DNA of 64,000 nt, from positions 3,968,001 to 4,032,000 of the forward strand of contig OY968796.1 of NCBI GenBank assembly GCA_963695545.1, written 5' to 3'. Below are positions 62,004 to 64,000 of the stretch, piece after piece. A program made the position numbers and the translations under genes. This DNA is from Terriglobia bacterium. GTDB lineage: Bacteria > Acidobacteriota > Terriglobia > Acidiferrales > UBA7541. The notes below the pieces were generated by a model that was not told the DNA's origin, made no database searches, and saw nothing but the letters and a program-made list of their open reading frames with translations. Numbering within the stretch: position 1 is the first letter of the stretch; each line of letters begins with the position of its first letter.

Positions 62004-63251
62004 CTAGCGCACGATTTCGAGATCTGGAGCGGCGGGTTTCTTCGGCGCCGGCTTCGGCTTCGCCTCGGCGAAATCCGCCAGCTCGAGGCGGAGGTTTCCG
62101 TTATTGGTCGCGAATCCGAGCCCGATATCCATCGTAATCACGCCCGAGCGAATCAGTTGTTCAATCACGCCGTCGAAGTGCAGCATGCCCTCGGTTTCGC
62201 CGTCGCGCATCGCATCGAGCAGAGACTTGCCTTCGGTTTCGCCCTTCTCGACATACTCGCGCGTGCGCATGGTGGATTTCAGGATTTCGATCGCGGCGAT
62301 CCGCCCCGTGCCGTCCGCGCGAGGAATCAATCGCTGCGAAATGATGAAGCGGAAAGCCTTGGCGAGACGCGTGCGGATGGCTTGGCGATTATCCATCGGG
62401 AACGCACCGATGATGCGCTCGACGGTCTTCGATGCATCGATGGTATGGAGCGTGGAGAAAACCAGATGCCCAGTTTCGGCGGCTTCGAGCGCGATTTCCA
62501 TGGTTTCGCGATCGCGCATTTCGCCAACCAGAATCACTTTGGGCGCCTGGCGCAAGGCAGCGCGCAAGGCCAGCGCGAAACTCGGCGTATCGGCGTAAAG
62601 TTCGCGCTGGTGGATGGTGCATTTCTTGTGGTTGTGCAGGAATTCGATGGGATCTTCGATGGTCAGGACGTGGTAGGCCTTCTCTTCGTTGATCCGATTC
62701 ACGATGGCGGCCAGCGTCGAGGATTTTCCCGATCCGGTTGGTCCAGTCACCAACACGATGCCGTTGCGCAGATCGCAGATCTCACCCAGTTGCGCGGGGA
62801 GGTTCAGCAATTTGAAATCGGGGATAATGTTGGGAATCACGCGCATCACGATGGCGCACGTCCCGCGCTGTCGAAAGACATTCACGCGGAAGCGCGCGAC
62901 TTGCGCGATGCTGTACGAAAAGTCCGCCGATCCCTCGTCCGCGAGCTTACGCGCGGCGAATTCGCTGCGTTCCATCAGGTCATTGGCCACGTTCTGCACC
63001 GCCGCGGGCGTCAACTTGCCCACGCCGGCAATTTGCACCTCGATCAGCTGGCCGCTGCGCTCCACTTGCGGGGCGCGGCCTGGCGAAAAAATCAGGTCGC
63101 TCACGTTGTCCGACGCTTTCAGCATCGCGACGATGATTTGCGGCGTTGTAGGCGCCGGTGGCGCACCGGCTGGGCTGGGATTCGGGCCCGCGCCGAGATT
63201 CTGGGCTGGTGACGCAGCCGGTGGTTTTGGGGTTGAAGGGGCGGATTCCAT
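62004..63251 (-). CDS. pilT: PilT/PilU-family type IV pilus ATPase
   Basis: RFRVNVF.QRG, GPTGSGKSST, TIEDPIE, ALRQAP.VILVGEMRD, AETGHLV.STLH. Confidence 0.93.
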   Translation of the reverse strand: MESAPSTPKPPAASPAQNLGAGPNPSPAGAPPAPTTPQIIVAMLKASDNVSDLIFSPGRAPQVERSGQLIEVQIAGVGKLTPAAVQNVANDLMERSEFAARKLADEGSADFSYSIAQVARFRVNVFRQRGTCAIVMRVIPNIIPDFKLLNLPAQLGEICDLRNGIVLVTGPTGSGKSSTLAAIVNRINEEKAYHVLTIEDPIEFLHNHKKCTIHQRELYADTPSFALALRAALRQAPKVILVGEMRDRETMEIALEAAETGHLVFSTLHTIDASKTVERIIGAFPMDNRQAIRTRLAKAFRFIISQRLIPRADGTGRIAAIEILKSTMRTREYVEKGETEGKSLLDAMRDGETEGMLHFDGVIEQLIRSGVITMDIGLGFATNNGNLRLELADFAEAKPKPAPKKPAAPDLEIVR

Positions 63252-63332
63252 GTCACTCTCCTGGGATAAGGCGATTCACAAGACTGAGGGCGACGGAGAG
63301 CCCGCAGCTATTACTCAATAATTGGAACACGA

Positions 63333-63752
63333 TTACGCGCCGTTTGACGACGCCTTGGACTTTCCGCCGCGCTTGCGCACGCCGGCGAGGCCGAGTTCCC
63401 GCTCAATGGCGCGGGCCGATTTTGGCGGCAGCTCGATGAATTCCACGCCGACGCCGACGCCGGGGATGCAATAGCGGACTTCGCTGCGTGCGACCACGTC
63501 GGCGTTAGAGCGCGTCAAGCGAAAGTGCAGCTTCAACACGGCGCCTTCCGGATAGCGACGATCGGTATTGATGAACATTCCGCGCAGACTGATGTCGGGT
63601 GGCCGAAGCGAGACGACTTCGCTATAACCCTCGTACACGAGCGAGAGATTACGGAGGTGTGGCAGGCGCGCCTCCTCGCGCGTCGGCCAGAAGTTGTTCG
63701 CGGCCTTCTTCGAGGTCTTCGGGGATTTCGTCGAAGTTTTCACAGGAGTCAT
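63333..63752 (-). CDS. PilZ-domain protein
   Basis: REEAR (RxxxR), DISLRG (DxSxxG), GVGVEF. Confidence 0.88.
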   Translation of the reverse strand: MTPVKTSTKSPKTSKKAANNFWPTREEARLPHLRNLSLVYEGYSEVVSLRPPDISLRGMFINTDRRYPEGAVLKLHFRLTRSNADVVARSEVRYCIPGVGVGVEFIELPPKSARAIERELGLAGVRKRGGKSKASSNGA

Positions 63753-64000
63753 CGATGTAGGATTCCTTCCGCGGTGTGTTCCAAGTCCCGCGCGTTATTG
63801 GACCGCGCCTTCGGGGTGCACGACGATCCACAGTTCGGGCAAAATCGGCAACCGGAGACGATCTTCTGGCCGCACTTGGGGCAGTCTGCCGCAGTCGCGA
63901 ATTCAAAGGGAACGACGCGCAGAACTTCGTCAAGAGTGGTAACGCCCTCGCGGACCTTGTCCAGGGCATCTTCCTGCATCAAACGCAAACCGTTCGCGCG
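63749..64000 (-). CDS. C-terminus of PilB/GspE-type ATPase with zinc ribbon (5' part outside window)
   Basis: QEDALDKVREGVTTLDEVLRV followed by CPKCG..CRFCPNCG; upstream of pilZ-pilT. Confidence 0.8.
   Translation of the reverse strand, partial: RANGLRLMQEDALDKVREGVTTLDEVLRVVPFEFATAADCPKCGQKIVSGCRFCPNCGSSCTPKARSNNARDLEHTAEGILHR

Overview
GC-rich bacterial chromosomal segment. Gene content and order suggest Acidobacteriota (inference only). It is mostly housekeeping genes: the start of the dcw cluster (mraZ-rsmH-ftsL-ftsI) with MraZ boxes, two ECF sigma/anti-sigma operons, ychF, alkA, tRNA-Val(CAC), moxR-DUF58-mutY-transglutaminase, rimO-yacG-pgpA-cinA-thpR-plsY, an HD-GYP sensor, ftsY-ribD-ribE, CIRCE-controlled groES-groEL, ribBA, an M16 peptidase pair, uvrB, an amino-acid racemase, TPR-TPR-rnc-lepB-lepB-asmA plus two exported proteins, tRNA-Ala(GGC) and pilB-pilZ-pilT. 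No integrase, transposase or CRISPR array was found. The strongest unexplained signal is a dispersed intergenic element present twice, about 44 kb apart in opposite orientation (14878-15249 minus; 58713-59252 plus). Both copies share an AT-rich box, a TTGACA/extended -10 promoter, a start codon 5 nt after the -10, and a ~150-nt core with exact-match blocks and a conserved stem. It is a candidate multi-copy ncRNA or non-autonomous element. Other leads: a modular nested-palindrome repeat array (56177-56989) beside a lower-GC two-gene islet; a signal-peptide-less racemase with broad-spectrum-racemase-like motifs; a PlsY lacking its first catalytic motif; an anti-sigma/TonB-C fusion; a PilZ-like/TonB fusion; and an exported protein apparently frameshifted in a CT repeat within its signal peptide. 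All family calls come from motif recognition by eye; no searches were run.
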